This document shows positions 16,348 to 26,458 of a DNA stretch of 40,506 nt, piece by piece; position 1 is the first letter of the stretch; the number at the start of each line of letters is the position of its first letter. The stretch is from an uncultured Methanosarcinales archaeon (GTDB lineage: Archaea > Nanobdellota > Nanobdellia > Woesearchaeales > CAZKBD01). Under the pieces are notes generated by a model. The model searched no databases and was not told the origin of the DNA. It saw nothing but the letters and a program-made list of their open reading frames with translations. The position numbers were made by a program, and so were the translations under genes. The stretch is taken from the NCBI GenBank assembly GCA_964550945.1, contig CAZKBD010000007.1, positions 1 to 40,506 of the forward strand, in the 5' to 3' direction.

Positions 16348-17424
16348 ATGAAAGAAAAATTGCCTTTTGAAACCTGGGAATATGAAGAGCAGACAAAGAT
16401 AAAACACCTAGTATTTGCTGATTATTTTGATAAGTGGATTAAGATTCTAGGCAAGGCCCACCCCTTAAACTATTTTGACTGTTTTGGTGGAAAAGGAGCC
16501 TACAAAGAGGGGGATAAAATCTGCTATGGATCACCTGTACTGGCAGCGGAAATCATTAAAAACAATAGTGTTAACTTAAAAAGAGAGGTAAGTTTAGTAA
16601 TAATCGATAAGGATCAAAATAATTTAAAAAACATTGAAGAAATACTCAAATATAAAAAATTAGAGATAAAACCAGAAATCATTAACAAGGATTTTGATGT
16701 TGCGATTAATAAAATGCTAGATAAGCATCCTAATCTTGCACCCACTTTCTTTTTTGTTGATCCTTTTGGTTTTAAAATTAAGATATCTACATTAAAAAGG
16801 ATGATGGAGGTTTCAAAATCAGAGATACTCCTTACTTTTATGTATAATGGGATAATTAGAAATTTAGGTATCCAAGAAGCTGATAATGTGCTAGTTGATT
16901 TATTTGGCTCTGATGAATGGAAAAGATTGAAAGATCTAGAGAGCAGAGAAAAGGAAAAGAAAATTGTGGAATTGTTTAGATCTAAACTTAAGAAATTTTG
17001 CAAATTTGTTTACCCCTACAGGTTAGGGTTCCCAGAAATGGATAGGACTTATTATTATCTATTCCACCTTACCAACTACTATCTTGGTTGTGAAATTATG
17101 AAAGGATCTTTTGCTAAATATAACCGGGGGAGGATTGAATACAGAGGAAAATCTCAAAATCAAATGACTTTTTATGACTACAACAATGTTAAGATTGACG
17201 AAATAAGGGAATGCCTCTTGTCAACATATCAAGGTTCTAATAAATTGTTTATTGATGTTATTAAGGAGCAAATTGATGAAACACCTTATTTGGTTAAAGA
17301 TATCCGTCAAGCAATAAGAGAGTTGGAAAAAGATGGCAAAGTTAATATACTAAGAAAGATACAGATTACTAAATCAGGTAAACCCAAGATAAGTATTGAG
17401 AATGAAGACAGAATAAAATTTTAA
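16348..17424 (+). CDS. tcmP: three-Cys-motif partner (TcmP)-like SAM-dependent methyltransferase fold + C-terminal wHTH
   Basis: QTKIKH..Y..W, YFDCFGGKG, GSP, FFFVDPFG, SEILL; leaderless start 24 nt after TATA (ORF track starts at 16324). Confidence 0.8.
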   Translation: MKEKLPFETWEYEEQTKIKHLVFADYFDKWIKILGKAHPLNYFDCFGGKGAYKEGDKICYGSPVLAAEIIKNNSVNLKREVSLVIIDKDQNNLKNIEEILKYKKLEIKPEIINKDFDVAINKMLDKHPNLAPTFFFVDPFGFKIKISTLKRMMEVSKSEILLTFMYNGIIRNLGIQEADNVLVDLFGSDEWKRLKDLESREKEKKIVELFRSKLKKFCKFVYPYRLGFPEMDRTYYYLFHLTNYYLGCEIMKGSFAKYNRGRIEYRGKSQNQMTFYDYNNVKIDEIRECLLSTYQGSNKLFIDVIKEQIDETPYLVKDIRQAIRELEKDGKVNILRKIQITKSGKPKISIENEDRIKF

Positions 17425-17433
17425 AAAAGAGGT

Positions 17434-18300
17434 GTGATTTTGTTAAAAATTAAGAGAAAAAGCCTTCTGTATAAGAGTGGAGTAGAATACGCTGATTTCT
17501 GCTTAAATCACGTAGAAGGTTGTTCACATGGCTGTAAGTTTCCTTGTTATGCGATGCAGATGGCAAAAAGATTTGGAAAAATTAACACTTATTCTGATTG
17601 GATTAAACCCAGGTTAGTGAGCAATGCTTTGGAGTTACTCGATAAGGAAATTCCCAAGTATAAAACTCAGATTGATTTTGTTCATCTCTGCTTTATGACT
17701 GACCCTTTCATGTATAAAATGCCTGAAATCAAAGAAATGACTCTTAAGATTATTGAAAAACTCAATAGAAATGGGATCAGATGCACTGTATTGACTAAAG
17801 GGATACCACCAGCAGAACTTGCAGAAACAGAGAAATATGATAATCTGAATGAATATGGAATTACCTTAGTTTCACTAAATAATGATTTTAAAACTAAGTT
17901 TGAGCCATATAGTGCGCCGTTTAAAGAAAGAATAACCTCACTGAGATATCTACATGAAAAAGGGTTAAAGACTTGGGTTAGTATGGAACCTTATCCAACA
18001 CCAAATTTGGTTAAACAGGATTTATTACAAATTCTAGAAGCAGTCTCTTTTGTTGACAAAATAATATTTGGTAAATTGAACTATAATGTTAAAACCAGCC
18101 TATACAAAGATAACAAGCAATTTTACAATGATTGTGCGAAGATTGTGATCTCTTTTTGCAAAAGAAAAGGAATAGATTGTCATATTAAATACGGAACTCA
18201 AACAGATTCTATTGCAAAAACACACATGATTTTTGAGAAAGAGAAATCGCTCGTACAAAAAAAGTTAGAATTAAAGCCACTATTGGTTAGCACAGATTAA
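17434..18300 (+). CDS. radical SAM protein, SPL-like
   Basis: LNHVEGCSHGCKFPCYA, TDPF, LTKG, FEP, SMEP. Confidence 0.8.
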   Translation: MILLKIKRKSLLYKSGVEYADFCLNHVEGCSHGCKFPCYAMQMAKRFGKINTYSDWIKPRLVSNALELLDKEIPKYKTQIDFVHLCFMTDPFMYKMPEIKEMTLKIIEKLNRNGIRCTVLTKGIPPAELAETEKYDNLNEYGITLVSLNNDFKTKFEPYSAPFKERITSLRYLHEKGLKTWVSMEPYPTPNLVKQDLLQILEAVSFVDKIIFGKLNYNVKTSLYKDNKQFYNDCAKIVISFCKRKGIDCHIKYGTQTDSIAKTHMIFEKEKSLVQKKLELKPLLVSTD

Positions 18301-18374
18301 ATAATCAGCCCCCGAACCATTTCTCGTTTTATTTATCGTCAAGCTCCAGATTCCGTACAGAAAATATTTTGGCG

Positions 18375-18481
18375 AATGAAATGAAACCTATGTTGGTAAG
18401 ATTGCAATGATGTGAATGACAGATAAAGAAAAAATAACACCTCTTTTTAAAAAAACTTATTTTTTTTCTTGTTTTTTGCTG
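18375..18481 (+). repeat. ~107-bp imperfect direct repeat, copy 2 (overlaps ATPase 3' end)
   Basis: Matches 11421-11528. Confidence 0.85.
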
Positions 18482-20784
18482 CTTAATACGCTAATTATTT
18501 CATTCTTAGTTTTTGCGCCCCTGATCTTGTTAGCTAAGCCATTATCTATGTTATTTACCCAATCCGCAAAATCATTCTTTTGCGCATTAACATGCTGCTT
18601 AAACATATTATCATTCATTGTCTTGAATGAGTCAATCAATTCTTCGAATGTTAAAACAACGATGCCAGTCTTGAGCCTTAATGGCGGAAGAGCCTTTTCC
18701 GTTTTTTCTTCTTTCTTTTTGCTTTCTTCTCCTCCTTTTTCAAACTTTTCTCTTGCTTCTTTTGCTTTTTCAAACTCTTTTTTCAATTCTTCTTCGTCTA
18801 CTAATCTAAGTTCGTGCTTCTTTGGCTTTTTGCCCAGCTTATCCCAGAAACCTTTTATTTTTGGCTTTAGGCCCTCTAGATATATGTTCACCATATTGAA
18901 ATTTCCTGATTTAACCTTGTCAAGAGCCATTTTGAGCTCTAATTTCATATCAAAAATGTCTATGCCTTCATCTTTTAGCTGTTCTATTTCATATTCTAAA
19001 TCGTCTATAATCTCATTATATCTATTGTAATTATCAAGCTCTTCATCGCTCAGCCTTGCATGTTCGTGCAGCAGCGGCCTGAGCGAAACAAAATAAGGAT
19101 TTCCCCTATTATAGGCAGCGTTTTCTATCATGCCTGTTCCGGTAGATGCTTTAAGCAAAGACTGGAGCATATAATCGCCATATTTATTTTTTATCCTGTC
19201 AAGGTCGCCTTGGTCTCTAGTTCTCATCTGAATCTCTGTATTGATGTTAGCTTTTGTCTCACCTACAAAATCTGTCAGCACCTGGCTAATCAGCATAAGG
19301 CCCACTCCCCATTTCCTAAACTCTCTTGCTCCTCTTTCAACCATTATAAATCCCTGGCCTGAGCCGCCAAATTTCGGCAATAGCCTGTGCACTTCGTCAA
19401 ATATTATCATTGCTTTCAGCTCATTGCTTTCAGGCAAGTTAGAATGGAATATCTCTCTAATAGTGTTGGTTACAAGTATGTCTATATCTTCTGGGTCAAG
19501 CCTGTTGATAGCAAAGCAATGAATCTCTCCAGGCGACATATATTTTTTGATGTCAATAATCTGCCTTGCATTTAGAATTTGATGCACATTTCCATTAAAT
19601 GCCCTGGCGTCACTTTTTTTCAGGCCAAATTGAGGATAAATGTTCAACATTTTTTTATTTTGGCATTTTCTTAAGAATCCAGTCCATTGCGCTGTTGGGT
19701 CAAAAACAAATACAGATACCCCTTTTAGCAATGCTTCTTCAATTAAAACCTCGGCTGATACGGTCTTTCCGCCGCCTGTAGAGCCTGCAACTAATGTGTG
19801 CATAGTCAGCTGGTCTATATCAAAATAAGCGTCTCTGTTAGTCTCAGCAATCTTGCCTATTTTTACTGATCTTGGACCTGGTTTTGGTAGCAGATTATAC
19901 TCGATCTTGCTCTGATACCTCTTCTTTTTTGCTCTTTGTTTTTTGTATACCAAATAGACTACTAATAATACACCTAAGATGGACGAACCAAAAATAAGCC
20001 ACCTAACCGGCAGAATCCCTAATAAAGAGTAATCCATGACTGGCTGGGCTATAGAAAACCGGATTCCAGACTGGGAACTTAAGCCAAGATATTCTGCTTC
20101 AACAGCCAATACATATTCCCCTGGTTTGATAAACTCAGGAACATTGAATTTTTTAAGCATGGTGGCAGAAACATTAATGGGTATGGTTTCTGTTTCGCTG
20201 AAGAATGACTCATTTTTAACGTATGTCTTTGATAGATCCAGCTTGTCTATGGAATAATGCAAAGTCACATTATAACTTTCTCCGGCTAACAGGTTTTGAA
20301 TATCCACCTTATACCTAAATATCTCACCGATATAAACCTTATTTGTAAAGGGGGTTATCTCCAGAACAATCGCTTCAACAGGCAGCCCGACTATGTCAGA
20401 TATTGTGAAATTAATGGGAATCTTTTCATTAACCCCCCCTGAAATGATTAATGTGCCATTGAAAAATCCCAGCTCATCTGCAAAAAAAGAGATATTTATT
20501 GTTTCCTCAGATTTCTGTTGAATGTTTATTCTGGCGCTGCTTAGCTTGACAAATTTGGTTATGTTGCCTTCTAAAGAAAGCCCTACTGTTATAGCCTTAT
20601 CCTGGCTGTTGGCTATGGCAAGCGGAACTTCGCGATAATTGCCTATCTTTATCTTTTTATCAATACTGCTTTGCGAAATATTATAATCATCTTTGATTAT
20701 CTGGGCTGTTGCATTTTGGGCAATAATCATAGCTACTGCTATTATAGCGATTATCAGCCATTCTACACCTCTTTTTTTTATCAT
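18457..20784 (-). CDS. membrane-anchored HerA/VirB4-like (DUF87) ATPase with extracellular Ig-like region and C-terminal DUF5752-like domain
   Basis: Signal peptide; TM around aa 255-280; Walker A GSTGGGKT; Walker B IIFDEVH; REFRKWG..ISQ; HVNAQKNDFADW. Confidence 0.85.
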   Translation of the reverse strand: MIKKRGVEWLIIAIIAVAMIIAQNATAQIIKDDYNISQSSIDKKIKIGNYREVPLAIANSQDKAITVGLSLEGNITKFVKLSSARINIQQKSEETINISFFADELGFFNGTLIISGGVNEKIPINFTISDIVGLPVEAIVLEITPFTNKVYIGEIFRYKVDIQNLLAGESYNVTLHYSIDKLDLSKTYVKNESFFSETETIPINVSATMLKKFNVPEFIKPGEYVLAVEAEYLGLSSQSGIRFSIAQPVMDYSLLGILPVRWLIFGSSILGVLLVVYLVYKKQRAKKKRYQSKIEYNLLPKPGPRSVKIGKIAETNRDAYFDIDQLTMHTLVAGSTGGGKTVSAEVLIEEALLKGVSVFVFDPTAQWTGFLRKCQNKKMLNIYPQFGLKKSDARAFNGNVHQILNARQIIDIKKYMSPGEIHCFAINRLDPEDIDILVTNTIREIFHSNLPESNELKAMIIFDEVHRLLPKFGGSGQGFIMVERGAREFRKWGVGLMLISQVLTDFVGETKANINTEIQMRTRDQGDLDRIKNKYGDYMLQSLLKASTGTGMIENAAYNRGNPYFVSLRPLLHEHARLSDEELDNYNRYNEIIDDLEYEIEQLKDEGIDIFDMKLELKMALDKVKSGNFNMVNIYLEGLKPKIKGFWDKLGKKPKKHELRLVDEEELKKEFEKAKEAREKFEKGGEESKKKEEKTEKALPPLRLKTGIVVLTFEELIDSFKTMNDNMFKQHVNAQKNDFADWVNNIDNGLANKIRGAKTKNEIISVLSSKKQEKK

Positions 20785-23700
20785 TTGCTCAATTTTTTAT
20801 GCAGCTCATCGCATCGTTCAATAACCCCTTTTTTGAACTCAGGGGAGATGTTTTTGTAAATGCCAGTTATCTTCTTATAGATCAAAAGAGCATCATTTGG
20901 ATTGTTATTCTCTATATAGAAATCAGCCTTGTCAAGCAGCTTATTTATATGCAAAACATCTAATCTGCTGCATACCAGCTTTATTCTTGTAAAAATGTCA
21001 TCTCTTATATCTGGGGGGATTTCTTTAAAGATGGGCCCGATATTTATATAAATGGACTTAGCTTTGTCATATTGGTTTTTTTCCAGAAGATTGCCAATGT
21101 CTTTTATATACCCATTTACTGTTTTGACTTTGTGCAGGGCTTCTCTGTCGAATATAAAATATTTCGTTTTTGTAAGGCCATTGGTGGCAACTCCGATATA
21201 AACAACAATTAAAACCGCTACTAAAATTATTTCAATAATCAGCCTTAAACTGCTGGAATCTATAATCTTTGAGCGGAGATTATCAAAAACCACAAAACCC
21301 AGGATAGGGTTTGTTTTAACAACCTCTTTTGAGATGATAATTGATTTTGTGTTTTTAATCTTGTCCATGCCTATCCTTTTATTTATATAATAGGCATACT
21401 TNNNNNNNNNNTCTTCTTTAATTACGTTATACTCAAACAGGAAACCTATTTCGCTTACATTAGTTGAGATCTCTTTTGGGATAAACTCTATCAAATAAAG
21501 GCCTGCTAAGACTTTTTCGTCTTTTTCTACGCTCACTTCTTTCTGGATTAGGGTGATCTCATTTATATCTCCAGATAGGTACTCCACTTCAAGAATTTTT
21601 GTTTTTGTTGTTACTCTAACTAAAGATTGCAGTTCTTGAACAGATTCTATATATGCATTTTCATCTTTCTTATTGTAAGATTTGCCCTCGTATTTCAAAA
21701 ATTCAGCAGATAATGTTTTTATGTCTTCACTTTCAGGGTAACTAACAAACTCATTTGATTCTATGACTTTGATGTTTAAAAGGGTTTTTCTTTTGGTCTC
21801 TTCTGCGCGCTCCAAGATAGATTCCTTTTCTTTTTCCAATTCAGTTGCATTTAACCTTCTCCATACAATATTGTTTAAGTCTCTTTTAACCCTCTGCAGC
21901 TGGGTTTTTGCATCTTCTAACTGCTTTTGGAATTGAAGAGCAGCTGCAGCCTCTTGCTCATCTTTGTTGGAATATTGCAAGCCTGATAATTTTTGGTCTA
22001 TCTTTTCAATAAAGCTGTCAATATCTCCGTGCTCTTTGGCCTCTTCAACATAGTTTGAATCTACATTAAGAGTTCTTGTTTCACTTACCTCAGAATTTCC
22101 AAATTTATCTGCGCACTCGATTCTCCATTTATAACTTCCATCTCCAAGGTTCTGTATCTTAAAAGACAGAATCTCATCGGTGTTTATATTTGATGTTCTT
22201 GCTCTCTCTTCCCACAAGCTACCGCCTAAACTAGAATATATCCTGCAATCAGCTGCTGAGCTATCCAAAACACGGTATTTTATCTCTATGCTATTCTGGC
22301 TAATTGTGTAGTTGTCATCTGGCTCGGATATTTGTATAATTGGCTTTTCGTTGTCAAATTGAACAGATTTTAATCGCACGTCAATCGTGATATTATCATA
22401 AACATCTGTATTGTTGGAGAAGAAGGAATACCCCTCTTTTCTTACACTTAGGCTATGGCTCCCTGACTGAACCGAAAAAGTAGCTATGCCTTCACTGCTT
22501 GCATTTCTTATTACACTGCTAAATTCTATTATTGAATCCTGCACAAGCTCATCAGATTCATTTTTTACCCTTACAGTAACATTAAACAATTTTCTAACAA
22601 GAATCTCTTTAGCAGCTGATTTACTCCATTTATCATATAAGACTGTAAGATTCACTATATATGTGCCGTTCTTTTCATAAGTGCGGTTGGTATTGCTGTA
22701 GGTGCTGTCAATCTGGCCATTATTTTCAAAATCCCATTGGTAAGAGTAGGAATTGCCGCCACTTACATCAGCAATGAATGATATTGCTTCTCCTTCATTT
22801 ATGATAGTGGCATTTGAGTTTATATTTACGCTTAAAGGATTCCTGCTTGTGTCATTGACATAGAAGTATAGAGTTTTGCTTTCGGTTAAGGTTAGATAGG
22901 ACATTGTTGCATTGATTGTGTAGTTGCCTGCTTTATTGGTATTGCCCATTGTTGTTGTGTAGAATATTGGTTGGCCTGGAGAGTAGCTGGTTATGACTTC
23001 ATTGTATACTATACTCCCTTCTAACCAAACTGTAAGGTACACTGTAGAATTTATCCTAGACTTGACAGTAATTCTAGCATTTTCACTGATGTTGAATATA
23101 TTCTTTTCCAGGCTTACATTGAATGGGAAACAAGTAACACAGCTTCCGCCACAGTCTATTCCTGTTTCGTCTCCATTTTTTATCCCGTCTGAACAGGAAG
23201 GAGAAGTAAAATTAAAATAATAATTAAGCTGCTGCTGGTTTGACTGCAGATCAGTAACGTCTATTACAAGGCTATTAATCCCATTAGTTGGTGTTAAACT
23301 TGGATTGAATGATTTTTCAAGATCTAAACTGGTAAAATTTTCTTGGTTTAGTTTGTAACTTATACTACAGTATTCATTTGATGTTATGCTTATTGTCAAA
23401 GCAGAAGATGGTCCATAAATTGATGTATTATCTAATCCAGTTTGGTTATACAGAACAGATAGTACTGGAGGAGCGTTATCATTTACAATAAAACCATACT
23501 CTGTTTTATCTGTGAAATTATCTTTGTCTTTTATGTTTATTGTTAGGATATGGGGGCCATTTGTTAATATGCCATAAGGTAATGTGCCATTTAATAGGTC
23601 GCTGAATATTGTTCTTGTGCCGAGGTCCTTTTCTTGGCTGCTATCCAATGAGTAATTTGCTGTTACACTCACATTTGTTGTAAAATTAAGGTAAACATTC

Positions 23701-24848
23701 TCTCCACTCGTAAGAGCTGATGTATTATCAGGGCTGGTTATGTCAAGGTTTATTTCTGAGTTGTTTAAAACTAGGATAACAGATGAGAAATGAGGAATAA
23801 ATGCTCTTACTGAAGAACCGTAATCCTGATAGCAGTTTTCTTGGATTTTGCTGCATTTTTCCAGAATGGAGCATTTAAGATTATCATCACAATACATAAC
23901 TCCTGTATAGTAAATGCCTTCAGTCTTGAAATCAACTGTAGCATTATAGCTATCTTCTTCCAATACTTCACTGATTTGCTTGATAGTTATTGATTTTCTT
24001 ACGATTAATCCGCTGTTTTCTAGGTGGCTTTTAAGAGCCTTGTCGCCTGTTTTAATTGAGAGGTTTTCTAGATTATTCCACTCTAATGCTGATCCTTCTA
24101 TATTGTTAATGGAAGCGATTATTTCTTGATCATCATCTGCAATGAATTGGAGATTAATTTCTTTGTTGTTTATATTATTCTCTATATTCTTTCCATATTT
24201 ATCTGTGATTATTATCTTATTTACGTTGTTTTTTGTTTTTACTTTTTCAAGGTTGTTTATTACTGCCATATACTCTTTATTTGATGTTGCATCATTAGCA
24301 ACTACCTTATTGAAGTAATCGTGGTCTAAGTGAGTTGCATAGAGGTAATCCCAGCCACTATAGTAAACATGCGAGTAGGGGTGATTGCCGAGGCCATAAT
24401 CCAGGTAAATGATTCTAGCGCTTATCCTGTTATTGTATGATGCGCCGTGCTCACCGTATTGGCTGTAAAATATCTCCTTCCAGCTGGGCCTTAAAGGCGC
24501 TAGGCCCATAAAATTACAGCAAACCTCACTTCCATAACATAATGTAGTGATGGTTCCCTTATCTAGAGAGTATACTTCCCATCTTGTGCAAAGATTTGAT
24601 TCGTCAACAGGCCAGCTGAATTTAGTATTTTCAACGGTAAAATCAATTGCTCCAGTGTCACTTTCAATACCATTATCATCGCTATCCCAAATTGTGCCTG
24701 TTTTATATTCTAAGTTTACATCTATTGACCTATCTGAAGAACTATCTGAAACAGAATCTATTGCAGCAATGTTAACTATTGAGAATAATATACATAACAC
24801 TACTGAAATAATTAATAATCCAATCTTCTTGGCTATTCTCTTATTCAT
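20781..24848 (-). CDS. large membrane-anchored surface protein (Ig/PKD, Cys-rich motif, coiled coil, TM, helical tail); spans an N gap at 21402-21411
   Basis: Signal peptide; CSDGIKNGDETGIDCGGSC; PKD YQWDFENNGQID..YEKNGTYIVNLTV; TM LIIEIILVAVLIVVYI. Confidence 0.8.
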   Translation of the reverse strand: MNKRIAKKIGLLIISVVLCILFSIVNIAAIDSVSDSSSDRSIDVNLEYKTGTIWDSDDNGIESDTGAIDFTVENTKFSWPVDESNLCTRWEVYSLDKGTITTLCYGSEVCCNFMGLAPLRPSWKEIFYSQYGEHGASYNNRISARIIYLDYGLGNHPYSHVYYSGWDYLYATHLDHDYFNKVVANDATSNKEYMAVINNLEKVKTKNNVNKIIITDKYGKNIENNINNKEINLQFIADDDQEIIASINNIEGSALEWNNLENLSIKTGDKALKSHLENSGLIVRKSITIKQISEVLEEDSYNATVDFKTEGIYYTGVMYCDDNLKCSILEKCSKIQENCYQDYGSSVRAFIPHFSSVILVLNNSEINLDITSPDNTSALTSGENVYLNFTTNVSVTANYSLDSSQEKDLGTRTIFSDLLNGTLPYGILTNGPHILTINIKDKDNFTDKTEYGFIVNDNAPPVLSVLYNQTGLDNTSIYGPSSALTISITSNEYCSISYKLNQENFTSLDLEKSFNPSLTPTNGINSLVIDVTDLQSNQQQLNYYFNFTSPSCSDGIKNGDETGIDCGGSCVTCFPFNVSLEKNIFNISENARITVKSRINSTVYLTVWLEGSIVYNEVITSYSPGQPIFYTTTMGNTNKAGNYTINATMSYLTLTESKTLYFYVNDTSRNPLSVNINSNATIINEGEAISFIADVSGGNSYSYQWDFENNGQIDSTYSNTNRTYEKNGTYIVNLTVLYDKWSKSAAKEILVRKLFNVTVRVKNESDELVQDSIIEFSSVIRNASSEGIATFSVQSGSHSLSVRKEGYSFFSNNTDVYDNITIDVRLKSVQFDNEKPIIQISEPDDNYTISQNSIEIKYRVLDSSAADCRIYSSLGGSLWEERARTSNINTDEILSFKIQNLGDGSYKWRIECADKFGNSEVSETRTLNVDSNYVEEAKEHGDIDSFIEKIDQKLSGLQYSNKDEQEAAAALQFQKQLEDAKTQLQRVKRDLNNIVWRRLNATELEKEKESILERAEETKRKTLLNIKVIESNEFVSYPESEDIKTLSAEFLKYEGKSYNKKDENAYIESVQELQSLVRVTTKTKILEVEYLSGDINEITLIQKEVSVEKDEKVLAGLYLIEFIPKEISTNVSEIGFLFEYNVIKEXXXXKYAYYINKRIGMDKIKNTKSIIISKEVVKTNPILGFVVFDNLRSKIIDSSSLRLIIEIILVAVLIVVYIGVATNGLTKTKYFIFDREALHKVKTVNGYIKDIGNLLEKNQYDKAKSIYINIGPIFKEIPPDIRDDIFTRIKLVCSRLDVLHINKLLDKADFYIENNNPNDALLIYKKITGIYKNISPEFKKGVIERCDELHKKLSK

Positions 24849-25128
24849 TTATGTATCCCTCTTTTTTAAGCTGATTCTTTATGCTTTCAAGCTCTTTCAA
24901 AACATTGTCTGCTACAGCCTTTTTGCTTTTCTTCTTGATCTCCTCCTTGATATTCTCTTTAATTTCTTTCAAGACCATAATATCAGGACTAACAGCAGAG
25001 AGCCATTTTTTTCTAACAATGCTCCTTACCCCTTCGCTAACATCCAGAAAGTGCTTTTTTTCGGATAATGCCCGTAATTCTAATAAAAGAGAATTTGGAA
25101 TTCTTATAGATACAATTACATCATTCAT
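24841..25128 (-). CDS. ribbon-helix-helix regulator with coiled coil
   Basis: IVSIRIPNSLLLEL...DVSEGVRSIVR. Confidence 0.7.
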   Translation of the reverse strand: MNDVIVSIRIPNSLLLELRALSEKKHFLDVSEGVRSIVRKKWLSAVSPDIMVLKEIKENIKEEIKKKSKKAVADNVLKELESIKNQLKKEGYINE

Positions 25129-25273
25129 TTTTTACTTTATTTTCCTCTATGTACTCCCTTATGTACTCCCGAATTGCCTCAGCCCTGCTGTTATATATTC
25201 CAATCTTTGTGAGGGAATCTAGCCAATTTACAATTTCTTTTGGAACTCTAACATTAAGGATTTCTGTATTCAT
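25121..25273 (-). CDS. 50-aa CopG/Arc-type RHH protein (not in ORF track)
   Basis: MNTEILNVRVPKEIVNWLDSLTKIGIYNSRAEAIREYIRE... Confidence 0.8.
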   Translation of the reverse strand: MNTEILNVRVPKEIVNWLDSLTKIGIYNSRAEAIREYIREYIEENKVKNE

Positions 25274-25275
25274 TT

Positions 25276-25404
25276 TGTAATCTTTATGTAATCTTTATGT
25301 ATTCTATCAATAACACAATCACATTTTGATATTTTGAATGATTTTCTTTATTGTAATCCTTCTGTAATCCTTCTGTATTTTTTATTAACTAATTCATATA
25401 TAAA
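25276..25404 (-). promoter_or_regulatory. TATA plus two pairs of 11-bp tandem GATTACA-containing operators
   Basis: TGTAATCTTTA x2 (25276-25297), TGTAATCCTTC x2 (25352-25373), TATA at 25397-25404. Confidence 0.6.
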
Positions 25405-25499
25405 TCTTTCGGTTATAAAGTATCTACTAGATGGTTAATACTTATCTTTAAATACAAGTAACCGTAAACATAAACCATATTGTTAAAAGGGGTGGTAAA

Positions 25500-25793
25500 A
25501 TGAAACACATTACAAAAGAAGAGAAGGATTCCTATTTAAGAGAGGTAGATTCTGAACACCGTTTTTGGGTTAATAATGGGCAGGTAATAAGCAACATGGA
25601 AGGGCTTTTATCTATAAAAGATATGGATGAAGGGACATTTACGCACCATGTGAACAAGGAAAAGAACGATTTCTACAATTGGGTAAATGAGATCATTGGC
25701 GACAAGGAGCTGGCAAAAGGCATTGCAAAGGTAAAAACAAAAAGTACACTGCTTAAAAAAATCCAAGCAAGATTGAACTACCTTAAAAAGTAG
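25500..25793 (+). CDS. stand-alone DUF5752-like domain protein
   Basis: FWVNNG...FTHHVNKEKNDFYNW..LA. Confidence 0.8.
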   Translation: MKHITKEEKDSYLREVDSEHRFWVNNGQVISNMEGLLSIKDMDEGTFTHHVNKEKNDFYNWVNEIIGDKELAKGIAKVKTKSTLLKKIQARLNYLKK

Positions 25794-25796
25794 CTA

Positions 25797-26348
25797 TTGG
25801 TAAAAATGAAAGAGGATTTTATACTAAAAGATATCCCGCCCCATTTGTATTTCTGGACAAAAAAAGGGATAGTTATAAGGAATTTAGAGGAACTTTTAGC
25901 TATATTAGAGCAGATGGATGATGAGACGTTTACGCATCATGTAAATAACGAAAAGAATGATTTTAGCAACTGGATAAAAAGCGTATTTCATGAAAAAGAA
26001 CTTGCTGAGGAGATATTGCATACCCTTTCTAAGGATGGCATAATCAGGATATTAAAGAAGAGAGTGACTAAATTCCAAGAACCAGCACTGGAAAAAATCG
26101 AAGATAGCATAGACCTCACTGAAAAGAGAATCAAAGAGATTCTAGAAAAAGAAAGGGAGATTGAGAAAAGAGAGGAAAAGATCAGGGAGATTGAAGAGAG
26201 GATTGAAAAAAAATTAGACAATGCAAAAAAAGGGGCTAATGCCCAAAAAGAAGCTAAATTCTTCTCAAAAGAGTTTATTCAGGGAATATTCGTTGGATTG
26301 CTCTTAAGCGCGATTGGCGTGTTAATCTATGTAAAATTTTTTAGTTAA
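25797..26348 (+). CDS. DUF5752-like domain + coiled coil + C-terminal TM
   Basis: FTHHVNNEKNDFSNW; E/K-rich coil; GIFVGLLLSAIGVLIY. Confidence 0.8.
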   Translation: MVKMKEDFILKDIPPHLYFWTKKGIVIRNLEELLAILEQMDDETFTHHVNNEKNDFSNWIKSVFHEKELAEEILHTLSKDGIIRILKKRVTKFQEPALEKIEDSIDLTEKRIKEILEKEREIEKREEKIREIEERIEKKLDNAKKGANAQKEAKFFSKEFIQGIFVGLLLSAIGVLIYVKFFS

Positions 26349-26458
26349 TATCCATCTTATAATAGCAGACAAAAAATATTGATAATTGTTGTCTGCTCTT
26401 AATAAGCAAAGGACATATCCATAATGCTCAAACTATTGTGTCCTTTGCTATAGTTAAA

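Noticed and set aside
18416..19030. 204-aa plus-strand ORF (and 11462..11674 with a similar start)
   Set aside because: Antisense shadow of the ATPase; the similar starts merely reflect the direct repeat
21402..21411. Possible split or frameshift in the 1355-aa protein
   Set aside because: This is a 10-N assembly gap of uncertain true length; the frame reads sensibly on both sides (another gap at 27200-27209)
25148..25170. Tandem TATGTACTCCC repeat as an operator or iteron
   Set aside because: It is the REYI-REYI coding repeat of the small RHH gene on the minus strand
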